A stretch of DNA of 64,000 bases. Origin: an uncultured delta proteobacterium (GTDB lineage Bacteria > Desulfobacterota > RBG-13-43-22). The notes under the pieces were generated by a model, which was given only the letters and a program-made list of their open reading frames with translations, made no database searches and was not told the DNA's origin. Shown one piece after another: positions 9,766 to 19,319 of this stretch (position 1 is the stretch's first letter; each line of letters opens with the position of its first letter). The translations under genes were made by a program, and so were the position numbers. Where the stretch lies: the NCBI GenBank assembly GCA_963843145.1, contig CAWJJC010000022.1, positions 32,001 through 96,000 on the forward strand, written 5' to 3'.

Positions 9766-11975
9766 CCGACGATGGACTCCATGGAAACGGCCGGGTGTCC
9801 TTTTTCCTGAAGCCAAGGCAGGATCTCGTCCTCGGTCAGTCCCACGGTTTCATCGGCGATCATATCGACAAGATTGGGGTAGCCCATCTCCGCGCCCCGT
9901 TTCAGCAGCCGTTCGCGGATTTCTTCCTTAAGCTGCTTGGGCATCCAGACCATGCGCAGTAAGCCCCCGTCGCCGAGGACGAATTTCCCCTGGGTGATGT
10001 TGAACTTGCTGTGGCCCACGAAACCAGGGGAAGAGGCCCCGCCGCCCATCACGCCGGCCAGGGTGGTGAACTTCATCCCGGAAGGGGTCATGCCGGTGTA
10101 GTCCCGGTTGACGGTCATGATGCCGTTGCAGGAAGGCAGCACGGCGGCGATGCACTCGCAGCAACCGCAGGTGGTCATGGGATCCACTACCAGGCTGTAG
10201 AAGTTATAATGGTCGACCTTTTGCCGGGAGGCTTTATAGACGAACTCGTTGACTCCTTTCCACTGTCCCATCTTGGGGTCCAGACATTCGCCTTTCTGTA
10301 CCGGCTGGTTGGGACCGGTAGGATTAATTTCAAAAGAGGCCTTGCAGTCCATCCAGTTATAGGCGCCGCACAGTCCGGTTCGTTCCGGACTGACCATGCA
10401 GACGTGGCTGGGGGCGAAGGACTGGCAGAGGGTGCAGGAGTAGTAGGTCTCCACCGACTCGTCGGTCATCTTCTCCACCCGTTCGTCGCGGGTTCGATAG
10501 ATTTGTCGGGCCTCTTTGGTCAGCTTGTCCACGTCTTCTTTCTTCGTATAAAGGGTTACCTGGACCTTGTCTAAAATGGAGCCGAAGTCCTGGTGGAACT
10601 TGGCGTGGATGATCACGCCGATGTCCTTCAGGGTAAAGCCTTTCTGCACCGCCGGTTCACCGATCCGGACCCAGGCGATGTCCCGCTGTCCGATATGCAT
10701 GATGCCCTGGGCATAGTTGATCAGGTGGTGGATCTGGCGTTCCAGAATGGGCTCAAAGTCTTCCTGCATCTGCCGGCCGGCCACCTGGACGAAAATTCCC
10801 AGGGGCAGGCGATCGCCCTTTTTACTGTCGCCCACATCCGGACCCATAACCTCGACCTTGCCGTCCTCGATGGCGTTCATGTCGACCATCCGGACCAACT
10901 CGGTGGCCTGGGTCTTGCCGCCGCCCAGCTCTAAATAGAGATCCTCTTTCCGGACCCGTTCCCCCTCGAAGGCCGGGCCGTAAGCCAAGGGGATATCCAC
11001 ATGGGAGACCGTGACCTTCAGGCCCCGGATCTCGATGGATCTCTGGGGCATTTCCCGGTGGGGCACATTGGCCACCACGTGTTCATAGGTGCAGACCCCG
11101 GTAGGCAGGATTTCCGGGATATCGGTATCGGCGATGGTAGGGAAACCCCAGTTCACGCAACCGGCGGCATTGGCCGCCCATTCGGCGCCGACGTCCCCCA
11201 AGGCATTGACAAAGGCAAAGATCCGGTCCTTGTTATAGAGCAACATCTTCTTGTAATCGCCGGGTTTGATCCCGCCGAAGGCCATGGCCGCCCGGTTGGC
11301 AAACCCCAGGGCGAAGACCGCGGCCGAGATATCAGGACCGAAGGGCACCAAACGGGTGTTCCAGCCGATCTGGACCCCGGCCTGCAGCAGTTGTTCGGAA
11401 AAGGTAGTGCCGTTCTGGTTGGCGCACATGAAAACATAAAGGTTCTTCTTCTGGTATTCTTCGGCGATAAACTTGGCCGTTTCGGGATCCGGGGCGGCGC
11501 CGACGATGGCCGCAAAGCCCGGGGCGGAGCCGTCCACGAACTCCACGCCCCGTTTACGGAAAACCGTATCCTCGGCGGCGCCCAGCCAGATCTTGCCGGC
11601 CGCCTCGTCGATATCTTCGCTGACCAGATAAAAGTCGGGGTCTTCCAGATAGCGGATGCATTCCGACACCTCTTCGGCGAAGAGGGTGGCCATCCCGGCA
11701 TCCAACAAGGGCCCTAAATAGGGCAAATGGGTCATGTTCTTGACGTGGGCCGGAAGAAGCTTCCGGGCTACTTCCATGGGTTTTTGGGCGTCTCCCAGGG
11801 TTTTTACCGGAATTCCCAGGATGGAGTAAATGATCGGCAAATAATAAGCGGTATTGGGAAACTCGATCTTTTGATCGGGGCCGTATTTTTCGATGGCCTT
11901 TTTGAGGGTTCCCTCGCCTTTGGAAACGATATTATATGCGCCCTGAATGGCCGCAAAAGCAACTAATTTTGACAT
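9762..11975 (-). CDS. acsB: Acetyl-CoA synthase (bacterial type, with N-terminal domain)
   Basis: FPNTAYYLP, YSCTLCQSFAPSHVC...LCG and PMTTCGCCEC A-cluster ligands; start ATG 11975 after AGGAGG. Confidence 0.97.
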   Translation of the reverse strand: MSKLVAFAAIQGAYNIVSKGEGTLKKAIEKYGPDQKIEFPNTAYYLPIIYSILGIPVKTLGDAQKPMEVARKLLPAHVKNMTHLPYLGPLLDAGMATLFAEEVSECIRYLEDPDFYLVSEDIDEAAGKIWLGAAEDTVFRKRGVEFVDGSAPGFAAIVGAAPDPETAKFIAEEYQKKNLYVFMCANQNGTTFSEQLLQAGVQIGWNTRLVPFGPDISAAVFALGFANRAAMAFGGIKPGDYKKMLLYNKDRIFAFVNALGDVGAEWAANAAGCVNWGFPTIADTDIPEILPTGVCTYEHVVANVPHREMPQRSIEIRGLKVTVSHVDIPLAYGPAFEGERVRKEDLYLELGGGKTQATELVRMVDMNAIEDGKVEVMGPDVGDSKKGDRLPLGIFVQVAGRQMQEDFEPILERQIHHLINYAQGIMHIGQRDIAWVRIGEPAVQKGFTLKDIGVIIHAKFHQDFGSILDKVQVTLYTKKEDVDKLTKEARQIYRTRDERVEKMTDESVETYYSCTLCQSFAPSHVCMVSPERTGLCGAYNWMDCKASFEINPTGPNQPVQKGECLDPKMGQWKGVNEFVYKASRQKVDHYNFYSLVVDPMTTCGCCECIAAVLPSCNGIMTVNRDYTGMTPSGMKFTTLAGVMGGGASSPGFVGHSKFNITQGKFVLGDGGLLRMVWMPKQLKEEIRERLLKRGAEMGYPNLVDMIADETVGLTEDEILPWLQEKGHPAVSMESIVG

Positions 11976-12000
11976 GGTTACGCGTCCTCCTTTCCTGGTC

Positions 12001-14043
12001 TTAAACCGCCGCCAGCTTCTGCCGGTCGGCCATATCCATGAGCACCCGCTCACGGGCCTTGTCAATACCCAAAGCTTTTCGTTTGGCATCGATGTGAGCA
12101 ATCATCCTGCGGGCCATTTCGTAGGGATCTTCTATCAAATCCCATTTGCCCCCCAAAACCTTTTCCATCCCGCTGAATAAATAATCCTTAAAGACCGGGG
12201 CCCCTTCCACGGGCAGATTGACCCCAAAGACCGTATAGACTCCGGAAGCCACGAAATATTGCCCGATGGAGATGGCCTTTTCACTCATCCATTCCGGAGC
12301 ACACCCGGCGGCCGGCAGGTCGCTGATATCGTTTCCCAAGCCCCCAGCCTTAACTACTTGGGTGGCGGCCATCAGGATCCGGCTGTTATCCACGCAGGAG
12401 CCCATGTGCAGAACCGGCGGGATCCCCACGGTCTCGCAAACCTCGGCCAGACCAGGGCCGCAGAAAACCCGGGCCGCTTCAGGGGTGAGCAGGCCGGCCT
12501 TGCCGCAGGCCATGGCATTGCAACCGGTGGTCAGGACGATGACGTCGTTCTTCAATAATTCCTTGACCACGATCAGATGGGCGCTGTCGTGCATAGTCCG
12601 GGCATTATTACAGCCTACCACCCCGCCGATGCCGCGAATGCGGCCATTGATGATGTTGTCGTTCAAGGGGGTATACGATCCCCGAAAAGTCCCCCCTAAA
12701 TGGTAGTTGATCGATTCATAGCTGAACCCGGCCACCATTTTTTCTTTAACGTTGGGAATCAAGACGTCGGCCCGGCGATTGGGAAAGTTGTCAATAGCGG
12801 TCTTGACAATCCGTTTGGCGTCTTCCAGGGCATGATGTTCGTCAAATTGGATGTGAACGGTGTCGCCGGAAGCGATTTTACAGCGGGGATTGGTGGTAAT
12901 CAGCTTGGTATGGTAGCACTGGGCCACGTTGGCCAGGTTTTCCATGATGCACTGGACATCGACTACCATGGCATCCACCGCACCGGTTATGATGGCCAGT
13001 TCCTGCTGCAAATAATTACCGGCAATCGGCATGCCATGGCGCATCAAGACCTCATTGGCCGTGCAACACATACCGGCCAGGGTAATCCCCTTGGCGCCTT
13101 TGGTGGCCGCATATTGGAGCATTTCCGGATCCTGGGAGGCGACCACAATCATTTCGGAAAGGAGGGGTTCATGGCCGTGGATGATGATATTGACCTGATC
13201 CTGTTTCAACACCCCCAGATTGATCTCCCCGTGAACGGGATAGGGCGTTCCAAAAAGGACATCCTGTAAATCGGTAGCCATCATGGACCCGCCCCAGCCA
13301 TCGGCCAGTGCCGCCCGGGAACCTTGCTTCATGAGATTTTCATAATCCTGGTCCACCCCCATGTGGGTCCGATGCATGATCTCCACGATCTCCCGGTCGA
13401 TGCCCCGGGGAACGATGTCCAACTTCTTCCACAGGTCATAGCGGGCCTGGGGAGCACGTTTGGCATAGTAGATCTCGCCTTCCTGTCTCCCCCATTCCCC
13501 GAGGGCCTTCTCTCCAACTTCAGAGGCGATATCATAAATGTCTCTTTCTTTTTCTTCTCCGTCCACCATGACCGTCGTGTCCACATTAAAATCAGCGGCA
13601 ATTTCTTTGAGCTTGATTTCATCTTTAATCTTGTAGTCCTGGGTTTCTTTACGGGCGGCAGCCAAAAACACTTCCGCCACACCCCGTCCGTGATCGGAGT
13701 GGGCCGCCGCCCCGGCGGCGATCATCCGGACAAAGTTGCGGGCGGCAATGGTCTCCGGCGTAGCCCCGCAGAGTCCCATGCGGGAATCCTTTCCTTCCAG
13801 ATCCTTTTTGGTCAAAGGCAGGCGGCAAGGGCCCTGAGCGCACATTTTGCAACAGGTTCCCTGAATCCCTATATTACAAGGTTTCATGGAATCGGCCCGA
13901 TCAAAGATCGTTTCCACCCCATCCTGCTGGGCCTTATAAAGCATAGCAATGGTGGCCGGATCCACGCTCTTTTCTTCGGGTTTGATCTTCTTCTTTTCTT
14001 TTTCCACAACCTTCAATGTTTCTTTGGCTTCTTCTGATGCCAT
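12001..14043 (-). CDS. acsA: Anaerobic Ni-CO dehydrogenase catalytic subunit
   Basis: CCKMCAQGPC, HSDH, GHEP, MCCT, DVQC, GCNN, GSCVDN and SEKA motifs. Confidence 0.97.
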   Translation of the reverse strand: MASEEAKETLKVVEKEKKKIKPEEKSVDPATIAMLYKAQQDGVETIFDRADSMKPCNIGIQGTCCKMCAQGPCRLPLTKKDLEGKDSRMGLCGATPETIAARNFVRMIAAGAAAHSDHGRGVAEVFLAAARKETQDYKIKDEIKLKEIAADFNVDTTVMVDGEEKERDIYDIASEVGEKALGEWGRQEGEIYYAKRAPQARYDLWKKLDIVPRGIDREIVEIMHRTHMGVDQDYENLMKQGSRAALADGWGGSMMATDLQDVLFGTPYPVHGEINLGVLKQDQVNIIIHGHEPLLSEMIVVASQDPEMLQYAATKGAKGITLAGMCCTANEVLMRHGMPIAGNYLQQELAIITGAVDAMVVDVQCIMENLANVAQCYHTKLITTNPRCKIASGDTVHIQFDEHHALEDAKRIVKTAIDNFPNRRADVLIPNVKEKMVAGFSYESINYHLGGTFRGSYTPLNDNIINGRIRGIGGVVGCNNARTMHDSAHLIVVKELLKNDVIVLTTGCNAMACGKAGLLTPEAARVFCGPGLAEVCETVGIPPVLHMGSCVDNSRILMAATQVVKAGGLGNDISDLPAAGCAPEWMSEKAISIGQYFVASGVYTVFGVNLPVEGAPVFKDYLFSGMEKVLGGKWDLIEDPYEMARRMIAHIDAKRKALGIDKARERVLMDMADRQKLAAV

Positions 14044-14102
14044 ATTGTATTCCTCCTTGATAGTACAGTCTTTAGAGGGACTGTCTTACTGCCAGATACT
14101 GA

Positions 14103-15668
14103 TTAGGTTCTTTTATTTACGCGATTAATTTGAGCCAGCAATTTGTCCACCGGGGAGAATTGGATTTCCGCCGCTTTCATACCCTTAGGCCCTTCAGCTC
14201 CAGGGGCTTCTTTTTTCGCTTCTCGTCTAGCCCTTTCGGCAGCCCTGGCTGCCAATAAAGCGTCCTCCGCAGCTTGGGCCTGGGCCTTGGCTTCTTCTTT
14301 GGCCTTTCGTTCGGCCTCTTCCCTGGCCTTTACTTCCGTCTCGACTTTAGCTTTGGCCGCCGCTTCTTCCTGGGCTTTTGCTGCCGCCGCGGCCTGGGCC
14401 TGGGCTTCAGCCACGGCCTGGGCCTTCGCCTCAGCTTCGGCTTTGGCTTTGGCCTCCGCGGCCGGGTCAACCGCAGGCGCTTCCTTCGGGGGGACGGCCG
14501 GGGCTTCCGGTTTTGCGGCCACGGCAGGCTTGGGCGCGGCCGCCGGTTTGGGCGCTGGCGCTTCCTTGGGGGCGGCGGCTTTTTCTTTCGGCGGGGCCGC
14601 GGCCTTTTTCTCTTCCTTCCCGGGGGCGGCCACAACGGTTTTGACGATTTCCGGATAATTTCCTTCCGGCTTGACGTTCAGGGCCTTATATTTGGCCGCC
14701 AGGTCGGCCGGGGCCAGGACCGTATCCCCAGTGATCAGCAGGTCAATAAATTTTCGAACCAGTTTAGCGGTCTCGGGATGGCGTATAATCAACAGATCCG
14801 ATCCGGCCAACAAATAGGACACGGCGGCGACCGCTTCCATCAGGACCCCCCGTTTGGCCGCTTCCCCCAAGGTGGGGGCCTCCTCGGTGGTCAACTTGGC
14901 TTCTTTGGACTTCCAGACTTCATTGCCTACGTTATTGATCAGGGCATATTGGAGTTTATCGTCCTCCTGGGCCAGGGCCGCCATCCGAATCCGTTCCATG
15001 ACCGAATAAGAATATTCCAGCCCGTACCCCAAACCGCCGGTAGTCGGATCGACAATGATCCGTTCCTTAGGGACGCCCAGGTTTTCCAGCAGGATGTTGA
15101 GCTGCTTGGCCAGGTTGACGTCGATGGGGGTCGAAGAGATGACCGTGTGATTATAGGCCATGGCCGAAGCCCCGATCTGTTTATGATTCCCTTCGGCCAC
15201 CGGTCCCAGGGTCAAATTGGCGCCCTGACAATCCTCGCTGATTTTCCGCAGGACTTCGGCATCTTTTTTTTCATTCCCCGATCCCCAAATAATCACGGGA
15301 ACCTCGACCGCCTTCAAGACCTTCTGGACGGTTTGGCTAGCCTCTTCCGGCCCCTTATCCAGGCCGTTGGGATCGGTGCTTTTGAGTTGAATGACAATGG
15401 CCTCGGCGCCGAAATCCTTGACACACTTGGAGGCCCAGGCCGCAGGGTCATCCAGGACATCCTGATAAGGCGCCAAGGCCGAATCCGGCCAGTCATCGGG
15501 TCGCATATCCCAGATCTCCATGGCAATCCGGGGCGGATGGGGTAGGCTCCCCTCAAATAAATAGAAAGGGTAGGAATCTTCCCCTCCCAACGTTATCGGA
15601 TTGTTTTTGCCGATTGAAACCGGATTGATTTTGCCCGAATACGTCGCTTTTGGAATTTCAAAGGCCAA
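14103..15668 (-). CDS. acsD: Corrinoid iron-sulfur protein small subunit with long low-complexity C-terminal extension
   Basis: PIDVNLAKQLN, DPTTGGLGYGLEYSYSVMERIR and IRHP motifs; TTG start after AGGAGG; 521 aa. Confidence 0.95.
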   Translation of the reverse strand: MAFEIPKATYSGKINPVSIGKNNPITLGGEDSYPFYLFEGSLPHPPRIAMEIWDMRPDDWPDSALAPYQDVLDDPAAWASKCVKDFGAEAIVIQLKSTDPNGLDKGPEEASQTVQKVLKAVEVPVIIWGSGNEKKDAEVLRKISEDCQGANLTLGPVAEGNHKQIGASAMAYNHTVISSTPIDVNLAKQLNILLENLGVPKERIIVDPTTGGLGYGLEYSYSVMERIRMAALAQEDDKLQYALINNVGNEVWKSKEAKLTTEEAPTLGEAAKRGVLMEAVAAVSYLLAGSDLLIIRHPETAKLVRKFIDLLITGDTVLAPADLAAKYKALNVKPEGNYPEIVKTVVAAPGKEEKKAAAPPKEKAAAPKEAPAPKPAAAPKPAVAAKPEAPAVPPKEAPAVDPAAEAKAKAEAEAKAQAVAEAQAQAAAAAKAQEEAAAKAKVETEVKAREEAERKAKEEAKAQAQAAEDALLAARAAERARREAKKEAPGAEGPKGMKAAEIQFSPVDKLLAQINRVNKRT

Positions 15669-15704
15669 CGGTTGTTCCTCCTTTAACGATTGATATAGTT
15701 AATT

Positions 15705-15887
15705 CCGTGAATTTTTGAACAATCAGAAACCTTACTTCCCACTTTTTACTGACCCGCTTTGTTTGATTAACCACAGTTTCTAACGCCTAACGACCCAATA
15801 AGGCAGGAAAAAACGGGAAGAAGTGACTTTTTTCGTCACTTTTCTACGATATAAGGACTTCTTAATGGAGACAATAGGCTTTGTCAA
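15705..15887 (-). promoter_or_regulatory. Putative sigma70 promoter and operators of acsDABCE
   Basis: TTGACA (15887-15882), 17 bp, TAAGAA; palindrome AAGTGAC-N7-GTCACTT at 15821-15841; two weak Rex-like 18-mers at 15705-15722 and 15759-15776. Confidence 0.45.
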
Positions 15888-16176
15888 GAAAAAATCTTTA
15901 GTGTTTATCGCAGATTATAGGGAAGGGCGTCCTAAAAAGTTTTCACTTAAATAAAGCTATAAAGAAGCTGAAGTAAATTAAGGTGGTTATCGTTTTCTGA
16001 GGCCTTAAGGCGATTCATGTCAGCGCCTAACGGGCCTTGAAAAAAGCTGACCCCCTATTGGGAGAGTCCAATCAAGGTTAGTAGCAGGGTGTCATGATAC
16101 CACTATATATAGTTTTATGAGGTATTAATCGAATCGTTTTTCTAAGATTAAGATAATGCTCCAAAGGCCAATACTA

Positions 16177-16941
16177 TTACTGCACCTGTCCAAAGAGGGT
16201 TTCAAAAAGAGTAAACGCCGTTTTTACGGCCGGCGCGTCGTCGGGCAGGGTAAAGGTCGGCTTTCCCTCCTTGTCAAATTGATAGATGTGATCGTCCTGA
16301 GGAACCACCCCCAGCAGGCGGAGATCGTTTGTTTCCAGGAGGTCTTTCCATTCTTGCCATTGGCCGTCATCCTTTTGTTCCGCCTGGTTGATAATGACGT
16401 ATTTGTTAATAACGGTCAGGCCTAACTCCCGGGTTAATTCCCCGATCCGAACAGCGGCCTGCAGACCTCGGCGGGAGCCGTCGGAGACAATCAAGAGCAG
16501 GTCAATATGGCGGGTGGTCAACCGGCTGACATGCTCCATGCCGGCCTCGTTATCCACCACCAAATAGCGGTAATTATGGGTTAACTTTTCTATCACCTCG
16601 GAGAGCAAATTATTGGCCGCACAGTAACAACCCTGACCTTCGGGACGCCCCATGACAATCAGGTCAAAGCCTTCGGCTTCTACCAAGGCCTGCTGAATGC
16701 GCATATCCATGAATATGTCCTTGGTCATTCCTTCAATACCGCCCTTTTTCATTTCTTCCCGGGCATCGCCTATGGTGTTGGTGTAAGTAACTCCCAAAAC
16801 CTCGTTTAAATTGGCGTTGGCGTCCGCGTCGACCGCTAAGACCGGTTTCAGACCGTTTTTCAACATATAGCGGATCAGCAGACCGGCCATAGTGGTCTTT
16901 CCGGTTCCCCCTTTTCCAGCTAAGGCAATGGTAAAACTCAA
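16177..16941 (-). CDS. cooC: CODH/ACS nickel-insertion ATPase (CooC/AcsF)
   Basis: GKGGTGKT, DAD, GCYC and DNEAGMEH motifs. Confidence 0.95.
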   Translation of the reverse strand: MSFTIALAGKGGTGKTTMAGLLIRYMLKNGLKPVLAVDADANANLNEVLGVTYTNTIGDAREEMKKGGIEGMTKDIFMDMRIQQALVEAEGFDLIVMGRPEGQGCYCAANNLLSEVIEKLTHNYRYLVVDNEAGMEHVSRLTTRHIDLLLIVSDGSRRGLQAAVRIGELTRELGLTVINKYVIINQAEQKDDGQWQEWKDLLETNDLRLLGVVPQDDHIYQFDKEGKPTFTLPDDAPAVKTAFTLFETLFGQVQ

Positions 16942-16944
16942 AAT

Positions 16945-18912
16945 TTACTCCTTTCTGGCTTCAGTCAGACCTTTTTCTCTGCAGGAAATCCGTTCAAAGA
17001 CCCGGGGAAACAACTTATTGTTTGTATGGGGCAGAAACAAGGCGGCAATATAATTATTCATAAAATTGATATTTTCGCTGAGTTCTATGTTGGTGATTTT
17101 AGTAAAAATGCGCTTTACTTCCGTTCGGAGCACATTGGAAAAGCAGATCAATCGAGCTCCCAGCAGCGAACCGTTGCCGATGAATTTAACTTTTTGAATC
17201 GGGAAGTCGGGCAGGAGACCTATGGTAATCGCTTTTTCAATATTCATATAGTTTCCAAATCCGCCGGCAATGATCACCTGTTCCAAATCCTCCATGGCCA
17301 GTCCCACCTCTTCCAGCAGGGTTACATAACCGGCATACATAGCTCCTTTGGCCCGAATAAGGTTGTCAATATCCACCTCGGTAATCACAATATCCCGCTC
17401 AATTTGGGTATCGGAAGCCCAAGCCAACACATATTCCCACCCGTCTTCCCCTTCCCGAATGCGGTCCGTCTTCAACCCCGGTTTAAATTTTCCATTTTGA
17501 TCCAGCACACAGGCTTCCAGAAATCCGGCGACAATATTAATCAGCCCCGAACCGCAGATCCCCTTAGGCTTGACCATACCGACCGTCAGAATCATGGGTT
17601 CAAAAGTCGTTGGATTTATGCTGAATTCCTCAATTGCCCCCTGGGTAGCCCGCATACCGTGTTTAATGCCTCCCCCTTCAAAGGCCGGTCCGGCGGAACA
17701 GGCCGCGCAGGTCATCCACTCCGAATTGCCGACCACTATCTCTCCATTAGTTCCCAAATCAATATACAGGGTCAATTTATCCTGCCGGGACATACCGGAA
17801 CCCATAACTCCGGCAATAACATCCCCTCCCACATAACTGGCTATGGAAGGAAATAAATAAACCTGCACGTGGTCCGCCAACTCCAGTCCCAGTTCCCTGG
17901 CCCGGATTAAAGGAACATAGTTCATCGGGGGCGTGTATGGAGCCTCGCGGATATACCGCGGTTCAATCTCCAGAAACAGATGGGTCATGGTGGTATTACC
18001 CGCCACGGTCATCTGGTTGATGGTTTCCATGGGGACTTTATGTTGTTTTAACAACTGTTTAATAATTCCATTGATGTTGGAAACCACCAAGTCTTTCATT
18101 TTCTTAAGCCCGTTGGCTTTTTGGGTATAGGCGATCCGGGAGATGACATCTTCCCCATAGGCAATCTGGGCGTTATACTCTACCGCCTGGGCTAAAATTT
18201 CCCCGTTATTTAAATTCAGTAATTGACCCCAAACCGTGGTGGTTCCAATATCGACGGCTACGGCAAAATTGCTGTCGGTGGTGTCCCCGGATTCGATGTT
18301 GATCAGTTGGACTTTGCCGCCCTTTTTTCTGGAATTGGCTAACGTTACCGTGATCTTCCAATCTTTTTCCCGTAAAGTGGAAGCCATTTTACGGACAGCA
18401 TAAAAGTCGACGTTGATGTTCCCGATCTGATGGCTTTGCTTTAAGGCACGGATAACGCGGGTCAGGTCGCTAAGATTGTCGGCTATGGTGGGGGGTGTGA
18501 TTTCTAAATATTTTTTTTCTACCGGCGGGCGAAATTTTCCGTCAACGATCAGGTCTTCAATCTTAATTTCAGAGACCACCTGCCAGGCCCCGGAGCGAGG
18601 TCTTTCTTTTGCCAAGACCTTGCGGTCCAACTGTGATTCAAGAGGAATAGTTACATCTAAATCACTTTTAATAATAGTTTTACAGGCTTGTCTTACTCCC
18701 AGATCATAGTCCGCCTTCGAAATTTTGTCGCTCTGTTGGCTTTCAACCTCCCCGTGATCGATAATCACCCGGCATTTTCCACATACTCCCTCTCCTCCAC
18801 AGGAGGCATTGATATGGACACCGGCCTGCATAGCAGCCCGGAGGAGATTTTCACCAGAGGCTACCCAAACTTCAGCTTTATCCGGATAAAAAGTAACTTT
18901 TTTTGTTTCCAT
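16945..18912 (-). CDS. acsV: Reductive activator of corrinoid/Fe-S protein (RACo; 2Fe-2S plus ASKHA)
   Basis: SCGGEGVCGKC...QAC, DIGTTT, GNTTM, DLGTNGE, AGPAFEG and AGGFG motifs. Confidence 0.93.
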   Translation of the reverse strand: METKKVTFYPDKAEVWVASGENLLRAAMQAGVHINASCGGEGVCGKCRVIIDHGEVESQQSDKISKADYDLGVRQACKTIIKSDLDVTIPLESQLDRKVLAKERPRSGAWQVVSEIKIEDLIVDGKFRPPVEKKYLEITPPTIADNLSDLTRVIRALKQSHQIGNINVDFYAVRKMASTLREKDWKITVTLANSRKKGGKVQLINIESGDTTDSNFAVAVDIGTTTVWGQLLNLNNGEILAQAVEYNAQIAYGEDVISRIAYTQKANGLKKMKDLVVSNINGIIKQLLKQHKVPMETINQMTVAGNTTMTHLFLEIEPRYIREAPYTPPMNYVPLIRARELGLELADHVQVYLFPSIASYVGGDVIAGVMGSGMSRQDKLTLYIDLGTNGEIVVGNSEWMTCAACSAGPAFEGGGIKHGMRATQGAIEEFSINPTTFEPMILTVGMVKPKGICGSGLINIVAGFLEACVLDQNGKFKPGLKTDRIREGEDGWEYVLAWASDTQIERDIVITEVDIDNLIRAKGAMYAGYVTLLEEVGLAMEDLEQVIIAGGFGNYMNIEKAITIGLLPDFPIQKVKFIGNGSLLGARLICFSNVLRTEVKRIFTKITNIELSENINFMNNYIAALFLPHTNNKLFPRVFERISCREKGLTEARKE

Positions 18913-19319
18913 TTAGTTTTTCTAAATAATCGGTACCCCTTTGTCAAGAAATAAGGGGGTAATTTAAATAGCAGTTGATTTTTTTCACTAAATTAAGTAT
19001 AGTATGACGATTTAATTTTATAATAATTTCAAAGAAGTAGGGTCCGGAAAGGTCAATCGGCCCTGGGGATGGCTGTGAATAGCCAGGCAAATTCATATCC
19101 ACAGGGTTAAACTGTTAATAATTTCTCTTTCTTTGACCTAAACGCTTAAGGGATGATGGGGTAGCTAAATAGTTCAAGAATAGGCCATTCAAGGTTTATT
19201 GATATTTTGTATAATTATTTCAATAGAATATTGTAGATTTCCCTATTTTACAGTCTTAATAATAAATAATAAGAATAATTTATCATTTTTTTTAATACTT
19301 ATTTTAAGGAGAACTCTTT
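18913..19319. other. Candidate replication origin (oriC)
   Basis: Three 1-mismatch DnaA boxes (19074-19082, 19095-19103, 19113-19121); AT-rich TAA-repeat tract at 19257-19279; upstream of dnaN; gene orientation diverges here. Confidence 0.55.

Noticed and set aside
14143-15545. Long plus-strand ORFs (171 and 423 aa)
   Set aside because: Antisense shadows of acsD, favoured by its low-complexity GC-rich tail. The same applies to most overlapping ORFs in the track.
15890-16170. Possible riboswitch (cobalamin, NiCo, c-di-GMP) in the acs gap
   Set aside because: One imperfect hairpin only; I could not find the conserved boxes by eye. An Rfam scan is needed.
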